DNA from: Rhynchopus sp. YZ270_cl-10
Taxonomy: Eukaryota
Reading direction: 5' to 3'
Assembly (NCBI GenBank): GCA_964035575.1
Contig: OZ037837.1
Coordinates: forward strand, 1,674,001-1,738,000
Length of the DNA stretch: 64,000 nt
Notes under the pieces: model-generated
Told to the model about the DNA's origin: nothing
The model's database searches: none
What the model saw: the letters and a program-made list of their open reading frames with translations, nothing else
Part shown: positions 1 through 11,700 of the stretch, piece by piece
Numbering within the stretch: the stretch's first letter is position 1
How the letters are laid out: every line of letters begins with the position of its first letter
Translations under genes and position numbers: made by a program

Positions 1-3000
1 AGCTCCTTCTGCAGGCGCTGCGTGTCAACAGGCATGTTGTGCAGCTCAGCATCTGCGACACTGAGCAGCAGCAAAGGCCTCTGCAGGTGCGTGACACACA
101 CACATGCGACTCCGACTACGGGGACGATCCACACCTGGGGGAGGTTGCGGCACAGCGCATGATGCACATCCAGCAGGTCATCAACATCAGGTGTGCGCAC
201 AACAGAGGCACCATTGTGTCAAGCACGTTCTCCGACCTGGGTGACACCTGGCCGCAGTGCGCCACGGAAGCGCTGTACGACGTGGACGTGGTGGACATGG
301 CCTTCTCGGACCTGTTCGACACCCGCCAGCGTGAGGCTGTTCTCTTCATCCGCCTTCTGCAGAAGGCGGTTGACGCACAGCAGCAACAGGAGCTTGCTTT
401 CAGCAGGACGTACCCAAAGCTCCCAGGCGCGCTTGTTGCTGCTGCGCACTTCTGCGACCTGTGCGACATTAAGTTGCTTCTGGACATGCACTGCAACCCC
501 TTCGAGACGGACGCGTTTGGCGAAACACCACAACTGAAGATGTGGCGACGTCTTCACAGAGCCACAGACACTCATCTTATTCGCAGTACTAAATTGCCCC
601 TCGTGATGCGTGACCTACACGTGTGTCTGGACAGGCTCCAGCCCACAGTGTTCCGGTACGACGAGCCACTGTGGAAGGTGAAGAACTTTGCGCTGGAGGT
701 GATGCGGATGGCAGACGACCGTGATCACATCTCTCTCGCAGCTGAGCTGATCCGCAACGTGCGCACGAGCTACGAATCCTGGTGTGAGGAATCCTTGCTC
801 GAGAACGAGGCTGCCACGTTGTGCGCCTCTGAGTGCGCCAAGCGCGCTACTGAAATGATGCAGGACACCCTGGACCTGTGCAAGAAGTGCTCCGCCCTGA
901 ATGTGCTGCAGTGCCCTCTCCGCCGTCTGGAAGCAAGCCTCTTCTGTATCAAGGTGTTTTGCTCGTATGGGAACGAGCTCCTTCCCCTTGTCACACCAGT
1001 GCAGTGGTGTGACAATAGTAAAGCATGTGCAGCCAAGATCCATACACGCAACACGGGGCGCAGGAGGAGGGAAGAAGGTTGTTACCAGAGTTACGCAGAA
1101 ATGTGCAGCAATAATCACGTACATGAGAATTGGTCTCGTCTTGTCGAGGCGAAGCTTCCACGCAGAATGGACAAGAACGGAATCCACTACTTCGAGCATG
1201 AAGTTGCTTTGCAGGACACGGAACCATGGTCAGACATGCAAGAGGCAGATGTGTGCAGCACGCATCGCATATACGAAGGCAGCTACGTTACAAAGCAGCA
1301 GTATCTGGACATGGTGTGGAGCACAGCCGAGGAGGAGCCGCCGCAGATACGCAGGCAGAACGGTGATGGCTACTTTGTCTTCAAACACGACTGGGATGAA
1401 GACATGGAGGGTGGTGCCTGGGAGGACGGCAAGAAGGAGACACTGCCGACGCTTCCGACGCTTGTGGAGCAGTTGCGGCAGCCCTCTCTCAACCTGTACG
1501 ACCCAACGGTGTTTGGTAGCCGCATTGAAACGGAGGAGAGCAGGGCCCAGCTGCGCACGTGGTCGAGGCTGTGGGGTGCTGTGAACGCTGTGCTGGTGAC
1601 GAGAATGGAGAAGGAGCGGGTGCTCTTCCGCAAGGTGGAGAACGTGACGGACACTGCTGTGCTGCTCCACCACCTCCACCTGAAGCGTGGTGAGCTGTAC
1701 TGCCAGCCCGACATCACTCTCTGGGATGTGGAGCGCCGCTACAGAAACCGTGCTTTGGGTGACGACAACGACATCGAGGACAATACAGCAAGGACGAAGC
1801 TGGAATTCAACGACAATTCAGGAAGACTGTGGGAGGCGTCAGAGCGCAGATGGACAGGGAGGGGTGGCGAGGAGGCTGCGTATGAAGGCGAGCTTTGCTA
1901 CGAACATGAGTTCAAATACAAATGCATGCAGGCACACAAGCAGGCACGCAAGGAAAGAGGGGAGGACGTGGGGTTTGATCTGAACACGTTACTCAGATGG
2001 GAAGATGCGAAGCCTGAGGACCCTTTCCTGACACACGTCCCTGGCGAGCAAGTTGAGGTGGAGACACGTAAGAACAGCAGCACCATGACAACAATTCTCT
2101 TCAGCGCGCGTGGGAAGATGCACGGCGAGTGTGTGGGGCTGCTGAGCGACGGACACGACTTCCTCCTCCCTGCACTTGAGGTGTTTGTTGTGGAGGATGT
2201 GCAGGCACGTGGCGCGTGCCTCCATGTCAGCCTCGTCTCACGTGGCTCGCTGCTGCGCACGGACAAAGAGCTTCGTGCCTGGTGCTCTGGCATTCAGAGT
2301 ACTGGCCTGGATTCTGTTTGGGGCAAGAACGGTGATATGGATGAGTGTTTGCGTCCTGAGAGCAAGACAGCAAAGGACGATACATTGGACAGGGAGAGCT
2401 TCTTGAGCACAGACGAGTGTGACGTCTTCTTCAGCCGCAAGTCTCAGATGCTCCGCGGAACGAAACGGCAGATGTTGTTGCACGATCTGGAAGACGTCGT
2501 CAGACCTGTGAACGCTTTTGCATCGCACAAAATACAGGGTGCAAACGGACAGATGACGAACCATGTGGGGTGCACGCTGCCGGAGGCTGTGCCCACTACG
2601 TACCGCCCAGGGAAGACGTTTTTGAGTGGGTTGAACCGCAAGAAGCGTCCTGAAGGGGATCACACTGCAGAAGGCATGCCAAGAGCATACGGTGACGAAC
2701 TCGCACACATCCCCGACGTAGAACTCGCGGAGGATTGGGAGAAGGACATGGATGTGAACGATGTGGTCACTGTTTCGGGAGCATCCATCCAGGCCTACCA
2801 CGACAAGCACACAGACGAAGACGCGTACTTCAAGACGATAGTCAAGCATGCGCCTGACACACCTGGGCAGTGCCCCCCGCCTGTGAGCGATGTGTACGGA
2901 GGGAAGGAGTTCCGCATCACTGTCGGGGAGGTGCAGCAGCTGCTGAAGACAACCACGATAGTCACGTCGCCGTCCCTCCCACTGCGTTTTGTGCAGTGTC

Positions 3001-4523
3001 TGATCGGCTCGTTCACGTCTGCGAAACGGCGTCTGCTGTTCTTCAACGTTTTCCGTGCAACGTCGCTGCTCAGCATCGGCACTGAAGAAGATTGGGAACG
3101 TGAGAAAAACGTCGCCAGAAGCACTGCGAAGAACACGCTTGAAACGAGCTACACGCGGCAGCGCGACGCACGTGATGTCCTAACTATGCCGGACGTTGGC
3201 CATAAGCAGAATGAAGTTAACAGCGGAAAGCTGTACCGCAACCTGGTATTGATCGAGATCAACAAACAAATACTTGCATATCTGGACGGCAACCTTGATG
3301 ACGACGGTGCAGAGCCTATTGAAGTCACCCGTGACAAGTTCACATTGTGGATGTCCACCGTACAGGCGGAACCTGCACAGTACGGCTTCACCTCACAGGC
3401 ACATGCGAGACTTACGTTGGCGAAGTCTATGGTCGAACTGAGCACAGAAATGTGCGTCTCGCAACAGGGCTTCTCCTTCACTTCTGGCACGGAAGGTGAG
3501 CACAGCCAGCTCTGTGAGAAGACGCACCACAGCATCGCCATCCTTGCAGCCACTGGGATGGGCTTCTGTTACCCAGGACCCACCCTGCGTGAGGCACCAA
3601 AGTACTTCGTGAGAACACCACGTAAAGGACAACAGTCACACGAGGGTTGGGCCTACTTCCAAGAAGGCAAGCAACGTGAATTTGTCGAGTGTCTGAAGGT
3701 GCTGTACACATGCATCTTCGAATCTGCAAGGAAACAGCGTGTGCGGAACATGTGTGCTGGTGGGATGGGTCTCGGTATTTCCGCACAGAACCTGGGGGAT
3801 GATCTGAGACTTCAAGTTGCAGAAATGTACTTCCGTGCGCAGTTCGAACTCCTTGCAGAACAGGATTGGGGTTTTGAAAACGTATGCGTGTCTTATGCGT
3901 TGTCCTAAATAGTGGCATTTTTCAAACATCTAAATAATGTAGCACAACTTTTGGAAAAACGCCATTTTGGGTTAATACCCTCAATCCTTACACACACACA
4001 CAACGAAGATTTCAAAAAGGCAAAAACAGAAAAGATGGAGAAGATACTGGTGGACAACTCTATCTTCTTTCAAAGACTTCCCAATCATCTTTTCGCTTCA
4101 CCTTTAAAACCACTCTTATAACAGTACTGGCTGAGCACAAATGATTCCACCGACTTGTTGGCATGCCGCGTCTTGAAGAAAGGACTGCACGAGTGTGGCG
4201 ACTACAACAACGAGGCACAGGGGTTGTATTTGAGGTGCAACATCGTTCTGCACAAGAAGGAGGCGAGGTTTCTTGCGGTGCGCCTCGCCCAGCTGAAGAA
4301 GTCTCCTGCGCTGTTGTCTTCATCTGACGCGCAGGCGTTGCTGCAGGGACAGCACGGCATGTACTGGGAGGAAGGCAGGTCTTGGAACTATCTTGGCGAA
4401 GGAGACTTGTCGGCCACCTCGACAGCTGTGTTGATGAACTACAACATTGCGAAGAACGCACTTAACCTCGACTCTTCTGCATTGAACAGCAACGAAGGTT
4501 TTATTCAGTGCATTCCAAAGTGA
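1..4523 (+). CDS. Giant ART/macrodomain-like protein, tandem copy 1 (5' part outside window). Exons <1-3881 and 4125-4523; intron 3882-4124
   Basis: Near-identical to 12309-16678. The ORF reads ...DWGFEN, then donor GTATGC at 3882; acceptor TTATAACAG ends at 4124 and rejoins in frame (YWLSTNDSTDLLACRVLKK...) with the 4155-4523 ORF. Contains an LRR end, an ankyrin-like motif, a degenerate ART and a GGMGLG macrodomain-like C-terminus. Confidence 0.85.
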
Positions 4524-4838
4524 ATTCACTGGTCGAGAGAGCCCGCAAACTGGTCGGTGCAGCAGCAGTGACGGTTTCCAAAATGTAAAATGGGATCAAC
4601 CCATCCGAGTGGATGGGCGGGTGGGGTTTTTTTCCCCCGATGAAACCAAAAACCGCTAAGTACTCGGCAGGTAAAAACTACATCTGGACCGTAAAAATGT
4701 TCCAACTCTCGGAAAAATCGAAAAAGTTTCAGAATTTTTACGGTCTATGTATTTTACGGTCCAGAATTTTTACGATTACGGTATGTCCAAAACAGGTTGG
4801 AATGGCCACTTTTCCAGGCGAAACCTGCCCTGTTTACA

Positions 4839-5333
4839 CAGGTGCAGACAGTTCTGGATGGACTTCCGATGGGTGTGCTCCGTCTCGCCATTGCTTTTTG
4901 TGTTGTGCGGGAGCGGCTCGTGCGTCGGATGTGCTTCGCCTGAGACGGAAGGAGCTGGTGATTCGGTCGGACTCGTCGATCCAGGTGCACTGGACAAAGA
5001 CGAAGTCAGATCCTTACCAACTCGGCCGTTTCTCAGGGGCCGTCCTCAGGAGACCAGTTTTCTTATTGTTCATTTGTCCTCCCTCTCTTCCCAAGACCAA
5101 GTGTTCCCTTTTCACGACCTTGGTCATCTCTAGGACCTACCACCTACCTGCGCTATTGTCCCACTCTCTCTAGAAGAGAGGCGGTGCAGCACCTGGTGGG
5201 CCGGGTAGATCTCGAGATGATTTGCCAGCACACCCGTCACTCGAACGTGGACGCAGTCGTGCGTTACGCGGACGAGGCGGGGGGCGCGGTCACGGCGAGT
5301 TCGGCGGAAACGTCGCAGCTCCTCCATACCTAA
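4839..5333 (+). pseudogene. Frameshifted tyrosine recombinase catalytic domain (TATE/DIRS/VIPER-like retroelement relic)
   Basis: Translation across frameshifts gives ...GAARASDVLRL (catalytic R) ...VHWTKTKSDPYQLG (K) ...HSL/RREAVQHL (HxxR) ...ICQHTRHSNVDAVVRY (H, Y), ending at TAA 5331-5333. Confidence 0.75.
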
Positions 5334-5598
5334 ACCCTCTTTTTCCCTTCCCCTTTGTTTACACAGTATTCACAGAGCTTGTTTGTTAATCCTTTATTTT
5401 ATTCTGCTCAGGCTCCCTCTCCCATATCCACAACCCTTTTTTGTAAACAAAAAGAAAACCGACGCAGGAGCTTTTCTTGGAACTGTTTTATTCTCCTCAC
5501 CCCAACAATAACATCACATTCAGAAAAACACTGTTTTTTCGTTTTTATTCGCTTTCTTTTCTTCTTCCTCACACTTTGTTCAGGGTATTATATACGTA

Positions 5599-5780
5599 CC
5601 GACCCTCCCCCCTGGGGGAAAAAGTGAGGGGGGGACAATATCACGTACGGCAAAAAGGGGGGACAATTTCTCGTACTGTAGGGGGGTGGCCGTTTTGGTG
5701 TGAAAAAGGGAGAGCAAAGGTTGTCCGTCGGGGCAAAATACCGGTTTTTGGGGGGGGACAATTTCACGGGGGAGGGTCGG
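5599..5780. mobile_element. Small MITE with TA target duplication (Tc1/mariner-type); related partial copy at ~37405-37520
   Basis: TA-CCGACCCTCCCC ... GGGGAGGGTCGG-TA, with internal GGGGGACAAT repeats also present at 37405-37520. Confidence 0.65.
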
Positions 5781-5999
5781 TATAGTAAAACTGGTCAGGC
5801 TGACCAGTTTTTGAAATTTTTTTTGGCCCCGTTGTTATCAAAACACCATTGTGTCTCATCTCCTAGGAAGAAGAGATACTCCAAAAAAAAAAAAAAAATG
5901 CAGAAAAAAAAAAGGAAGGATGTACGTGTTACACCCTTTAGTGCTTACTGTTTGTGTTATAAATAGTAAGTATATGAATGTAAATTTTTTTTTTGGGGG

Positions 6000-7537
6000 C
6001 AGGGTTTTATCTCCTTATATGTTAGTGGTCCCTAGACCGGGTAAAATCAGGGCGTTCGCCCCGGGGCGAAAAATATTTTTTTTCGTTAAAAAAATATTTT
6101 CCTGAAAAAATGACATTTTATTTCGCCCCAGGGCTTCGCCCCACCGGGGCGAAACCCTGTATAAATAAATAAATAAAAAAAAAAAAAGGGGAAAAAAAAA
6201 AAAAAAAAAGAGAGAGAGATTTCTCCCCACCACCCTGTAGACCCCCCCGGAGGGGGGGTCGCAGAGGGGTGTCCACTGTACTCAAAATCATCCGCAAACC
6301 CGCCTGCCGTGAGAGGAAGTTTCCCCAGCACTCCCGCTCCTCAATCCTGCAGTCTGCTGAAGGTGCCCCGTACCCCCTGTTATAGAAGGTGTCACTGCTC
6401 GTGTCAACTCTATCTTCAACGGCAGAGAGACGTTTTAGTTTATTGAAAATAATCAAACTAAGGATGAAGTCTCATATGACAGATGCCTCTCTCTTGTGCA
6501 TCTGTTTGATTAAACAGCACAAAGAGACCCTCAGTGAGGGGGGGATTGATGAAATTCTCCATTGTTTTGCTGGTTTTAGTATCAGGAAAGTTCAGCTGTA
6601 ATAGCACTTGTGCTGGGGAAGGGATCACGCGCAAATCGCAATTTTTTTTGACCACTCAGTACCAGGGATTCACCCCCCACGAACTAGCTTCTCTCCGGCG
6701 GGAAAATTTTTTTTTGACCTATTTTAAGCACTAGTAAAAAAGCAAAAATTTCGGATTTTTTGGCATTTCGCCACGATCAGGAAAAAACGATGGCGATAGC
6801 GAACGCCCTGGGTAAAATAAAAAAAAAAAATATTTACCCGGTCTGGGAAAAAAAAAAAATAACCACCCGGCCAGGCCAAAAAAAAACCCAAAATGATATA
6901 TCTTGGGGGTACCTCACACAAACCTCTAAGAGTGATCAGAACTGGCCTCATGAACAAAGTGACCCCGTCACAGCCAGAACGCGACCCAATTGGTCAAACG
7001 CCGAAGGAAAAGGAAGCATGCAGCATGGCGAAAGGAAAAAAGTAGCGTACCGTGCGCCTGCGGCGCAAGATTGCAAGCCACGCATGACATAGTTTGGCTG
7101 TAAAATGTGCAATTTTAAGCACAATATTCTGAAATGTTGCGTACCGTGGCTTCGCCAAAACTTTCGTTCAGCAAAATATGGAAGTAACATTTACGGGAAC
7201 TGACGATAATGACCAACGACAGTGCCATTTGATGTCAACATTTTTTTAGAAATGTTGCGTACCGTGGCTTCGCCAGGAACCGTTGCCATGACTGCCGTTT
7301 CTTTTTGTAGATGTCTATACGAGGAAACGTCCGCACGCTACCGACCTGACATGATTTTTTTGCTTATTCCGCAAAGGTGGGGAACGTGAGATGATATGCA
7401 ATATGCGAGTGAATGCAGCAATTTTAACGGTTTACCGGGACATTTTCGCCGGAGGCGAAAAAATTATTTTTGACCACTTTTTTGCCAGACCGGGTAGACC
7501 GGGTAGAATTTTAAAATGTTTTCAAGATAAAACCCTG
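6000..7537 (+). mobile_element. hAT-like non-autonomous element, family A
   Basis: TIR CAGGGTTTTATCT / AGATAAAACCCTG, 8-bp TSD TTTGGGGG. A second copy lies inverted at 34207-35667. Confidence 0.88.
6048..6810 (+). mobile_element. hAT deletion derivative, family B, nested in family A; carries a hAT C-terminal dimerisation-domain remnant
   Basis: TIR CAGGGCGTTCGC / GCGAACGCCCTG, 8-bp TSD GGTAAAAT. ORF 6389-6601 (LLVSTLSSTAERRFSLLKIIKLRMKSHMTDASL) matches the hATC SxxxERxFSxL motif. Confidence 0.9.
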
Positions 7538-8740
7538 TTTGGGGGGGGGAAAAAAAAAAAAAAAAGAAGTTGGCTGGGGGTTTTTGGGTTTTCGGGACCA
7601 CTTCTTCCACCCCACCCAAAATCCTGCCTCACGAAAAGGAGACTGAAATAAAAAGGAGGGAAAAATTATGCCCGAGCATCCGAATTGGTCAAACGCCGAA
7701 GGAAAAGGAAGCATGCAGCATGGCGAAATAATAAAAGTAGCGTACCGTGCGCCTGCGGCGCAGCTTGCAATCCACCCTTCCCATGACAGAGTTTGGCAGT
7801 AAAAATGTGCAATTTTAAGCACAATTTTTTGAAATGTTGCGTACCGTGGCTTCGCTTTGGGTGCCCTTACCGCCCTTTCTTTGTTGTAAATGTACTGAGG
7901 TTGACAGTTCGTGTGCCTGGCCATGGAGTTGGATAACCGAGGAATTCTCACATTCCTCCGGAGCCCCCCAACTTGAGCTGGGTTGGGGACCCGGGCTCAC
8001 CGAGTTTCAACGAAAACCCCCAAAACCTATATAATCCCCTGTTTAGGTCTTGTGTGGTGAAAAAAAATCCTGAAATCCGGTGACCAGTTTTTTTGAAAAT
8101 TTGAAAACCCTATATAATACCCTGCTTTGTTACTGTGAAGAAAAATTTTTTCGTTTGCCAAGTCGCATACTGCGAGTTTTTCTGGATGCGCAGGAAAAAT
8201 GACTGGGGAGTGTTGGTGGCTCCGTGACGCCACAGAGCCGGCACACTCATTGAGTGCCTCACAAAACCTAAAATTACTTACACTATTTATTTCAAATGTG
8301 TGTTTTTGGGTTTAAATAGCCGTTTAGGGGGGTTCTACTCCACTAAATAAATCGAGCAAAAATATGGTGAACTCAGAGGAGGGGGTCATTCGGTTCGAAA
8401 AACACAATTTTGGGCAATTAGAGCCAAAACAACACCCTAAAATACAAGAATCAGTTTTGGAAAATCCCACTTTTTGGCTGAGTGTGTAAAGTAACCAGAC
8501 CAGGTTGTGAAAAATGGCCGTTGGTTTTTTTTTGATTGGGAAGATCGAGCTAAATTTGTTTTTATCTATTGTCTTCACGCTTTATCGTTGTTGTTGGGGT
8601 GGGAAATAAAAGTCTGCGAGTGATGAGGAATACGGGCCTGCACGTTGTTGCAACATCCACAGCCCTTCGGACTGTTGGGATTTGGATTCGAAAGCATGCA
8701 CCACACACCCACCACACCATGCAGAAAGCAACACACCACT

Positions 8741-11700
8741 ATGTACGGCTCACGCAATATGGCGAAAGAATACGAGAAGGAGCACAACATCCAGAAGCTG
8801 GTCGACGAGCTTGTGAACGAGCTGCTTCGCTTCAGGCCGTGCGACCCGTTGGCGCACCTGGCGTGCTACATCGACGGCCTGCGCGGGGCAGCGCCTGCGA
8901 CGGACGTGGAGAAGAACAAGCTTGCGGCAGAAGGCAGCACTGCGGCGTGTACAGAGGTGTCGCACCCCTCGAGCACATCATCATCGCTCGAAGCGGCGCT
9001 GGGGACACTCTGGGACGCGTGCAGACCCAACCACGCGAGGTTCAAGGAGCGTTTCGAGGAGGACGTTTCGCAGGGCCTTCGAGATGTGCTTGCGAAAGTC
9101 TTCGCGAGGGACAGGCCGGGAAGGGACAGGAGGCAAAGGACACACCTGCAGACACAACTGAAGTTCGATGCTTCGCCAGACGTGACGCAAGCAAATGCGG
9201 GACAAAGTGTGCAGCTGGTGGACCCCTACAGCGCCGAGTACAGACCCACGCAGAGTGTGTCGGAGGTGGTCGACGGGCTTGCAGACTGGTTCGGACCTGG
9301 ACGGAAGCTGTGGCCGCGGAGTGCTGTGGACAGGGTGAAGCACAACTGCACCTTCATGCAGCACAAGCACAACTACGGGGAGGTGGCGGAGGTGGTGGTG
9401 CCGCTCTTCATCTATTCGATTGCGATCATGACGGAGTACACGTGGGTCTCCTCGGATGGGCACGGACGGTGGACGCCGTTCTCGTCGGCGCAGGCAGTTG
9501 TGCTAGAGAAGCACTTCCTTGCGCACTGCACGAAGGACGGGGCACCCCTGTGCGGGGAGGACGAAGACCTGACACTTCCACGGGGGTTGCCGCTTGCACC
9601 ACTGAACGGCACCATCACAAACGCAAGGCGTGCGCTTGCAAGGGTTGCAGAGGACACGAGGGATGAGGGCACCACCCCCAGCAGGCAGCCGGCCAGTGCC
9701 GCCTTCGAGTTGCCCACGCAGATGCTGACCACGCAGATGCAGGTGGTGTTCTGCGACGGGCGTATGGTGGGCGGCAGCAGCAGCGAGGGGGACGAACGGG
9801 GGCGTGGCTTTGCAGGGAAGGTTGGTGGGGTGTTTGCGGGCTGGGAGGGGCTCACGGTCTTTGTGAGCACGCCCTTCCTTGAGGGTTGCAGATGTCGTGG
9901 TGACACCACCACCAGCACCACGGACACTGCCACTGCTACTTCCACCAGCGACACGACCAAGGACGTGGCAAAGGAGTTCTACATAGCACGGTACAAACTG
10001 GCAGACGTGAGGGCAGAGTACGAGGATGCACACACGCAAGGCACGGCGGATGCGGAGACACTCGCGAGCCTGAAGAAACGTGTTGCGCTGCACCCGTACT
10101 CGGACTCGGTTGCGTGGCTTCCGGCCCCGTCCTGCATCTTTGAAGGCCTCCACACTGCGACGGCGGACATGCAGCACACACAGACGATGTCTCTGTCTCT
10201 CGCACGACTGCCCCCACCAGGTGTGCTGGAGTATTTGCACAGCAGACGCACCTGTGAGCACCTTGAGATTGCCGAGGGTGGTCTGCACTATCTGCGTTCG
10301 GAGGATGCGTTTGCGTGTCGTTCGCGTGAGGAAAAGGTGCTGCTTGCGGGGAGGAAGGAGAACGTGATGGATACAGAGACAGCGTACGTCCGCTGTGACG
10401 ACAGCTGCTGCTTCTTCTGTGCGGTGGGTGCGCTGAAGGACCGTTGCGTGCGCAAGATGAACCAGCAGCAGTACGACCACGGTTGCAAGGAAGACCTCGA
10501 CGCACTGAGTACCGAGCACACACAAGACTACAGCCCGTTCCAAGCGCTCGTGGCACACAAGGTTTCCCCCGAAGGCCAGGCACCGACGCCGCTGACGATC
10601 CTGCACGCTCTCGACATCCAGGCCGTGTACTGGTCCTCGGCAGGTGTGACAGACTGGACACACGTGGAACCCCTGCACGCTTCGCTCTCTGGGAAGAACA
10701 AGTTCATTGCCGTACCTGGAGCAGACGGCCCACCGTGTGTGCTGTACAGATCCTGCTGCGAGTTCGCGGACCAGCCGTACTACGTCTTGAACGCGTCGAT
10801 GCGTGATGCGCAGAACAAGGCACACAAGACGCAGATCACAGTGACGGGCAAGGACTGGAGGAGCGAGGTCTTCTGTGCACGCAGCGTCGCGTCGCTTGGG
10901 AAGGGTATGGGCACGCTCCGCGAGGTGGCACGCAGGCACGCGAATTTGAGGACCTGCCTCAGAAACCTGATGAAGCTGTCGCACCAGACGTGCTTCGAAT
11001 CCGAGACGAGCGGGGCGTCGCTCTGGTACACGTCACGTGACATCATCGACAAGAAGGACGACGCCCTGCCGCGAAGCGACGAGGACTACCTGGACCCTGT
11101 GCACTACAGCGGGCTTGGCTACTACCGGTACACGGCACGGTACGACACGGAGGCACCGGAGTACATGGAACCAAGCACGGTGAGGGTGCAAATGGGGGAC
11201 TGGGTGTCGGGGCAGGTGCGGCCGCTGCTGTTCTACGTGAACGAGGCAATGAAGGAGATGTCGCCTGTGCTGTCGTACCGGGGGTGGCGGTGTGCGCCGG
11301 AGACAGAGCAGAAGTGCTACCGCGGGCTTGGGAACGCACGCCTGGCCCGTGAGCTCTACGCAAGGGGTAACGCGGTGGTGTGGTCTGCGTTCTCGTCGAC
11401 GTCGACGGACCAGTTCTACTCCACCCCCGCGAGTGGGATGACAACGTCAGTCTTCATTGTTAAGGGGTCGTCTTGCAGGCTGATCGCACCCTGGAGCAGG
11501 TTCGGCCGTGGAGAGGAGTGGCTGTTCCCACTGAACTCAATGTTCAAGGTGGACTCGATGCTGACGGAGGACCAGCAGTCGATTCTCGGGAAGAAAGACT
11601 TCCAGCTCTTCGAGATCTCTGAGGTCGACGAGCTGTCGATGGAGAAGATCCGCATCCGCTGCTCCCTGACAAGCGCAGAGACGGAGGAGGTCGTGCGTGT

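Larger units (their letters stand above)
5581..8124. mobile_element. Non-autonomous TIR element (outer shell of a nested MITE stack)
   Basis: TIR CAGGGTATTATATA / TATATAATACCCTG with a 7-bp flanking duplication CTTTGTT (5574-5580, 8125-8131). The flanks rejoin to give the uninterrupted sequence seen at ~43100-43370. Confidence 0.8.

Noticed and set aside
4566..4832. Possible MITE interrupting the YR relic (CAGTGACGGTTTC / GAAACCTGCCCTG)
   Set aside because: The TIR is imperfect and there is no TSD.
5329..5338. Telomere-like CCTAAACCCT next to the TATE-like relic
   Set aside because: A single unit overlapping the stop codon; expected by chance.
9503..10984. Long antisense ORFs over GC-rich genes (also 40316-41668, 50842-52299)
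   Set aside because: Shadow ORFs of the sense genes, with no recognisable motifs.
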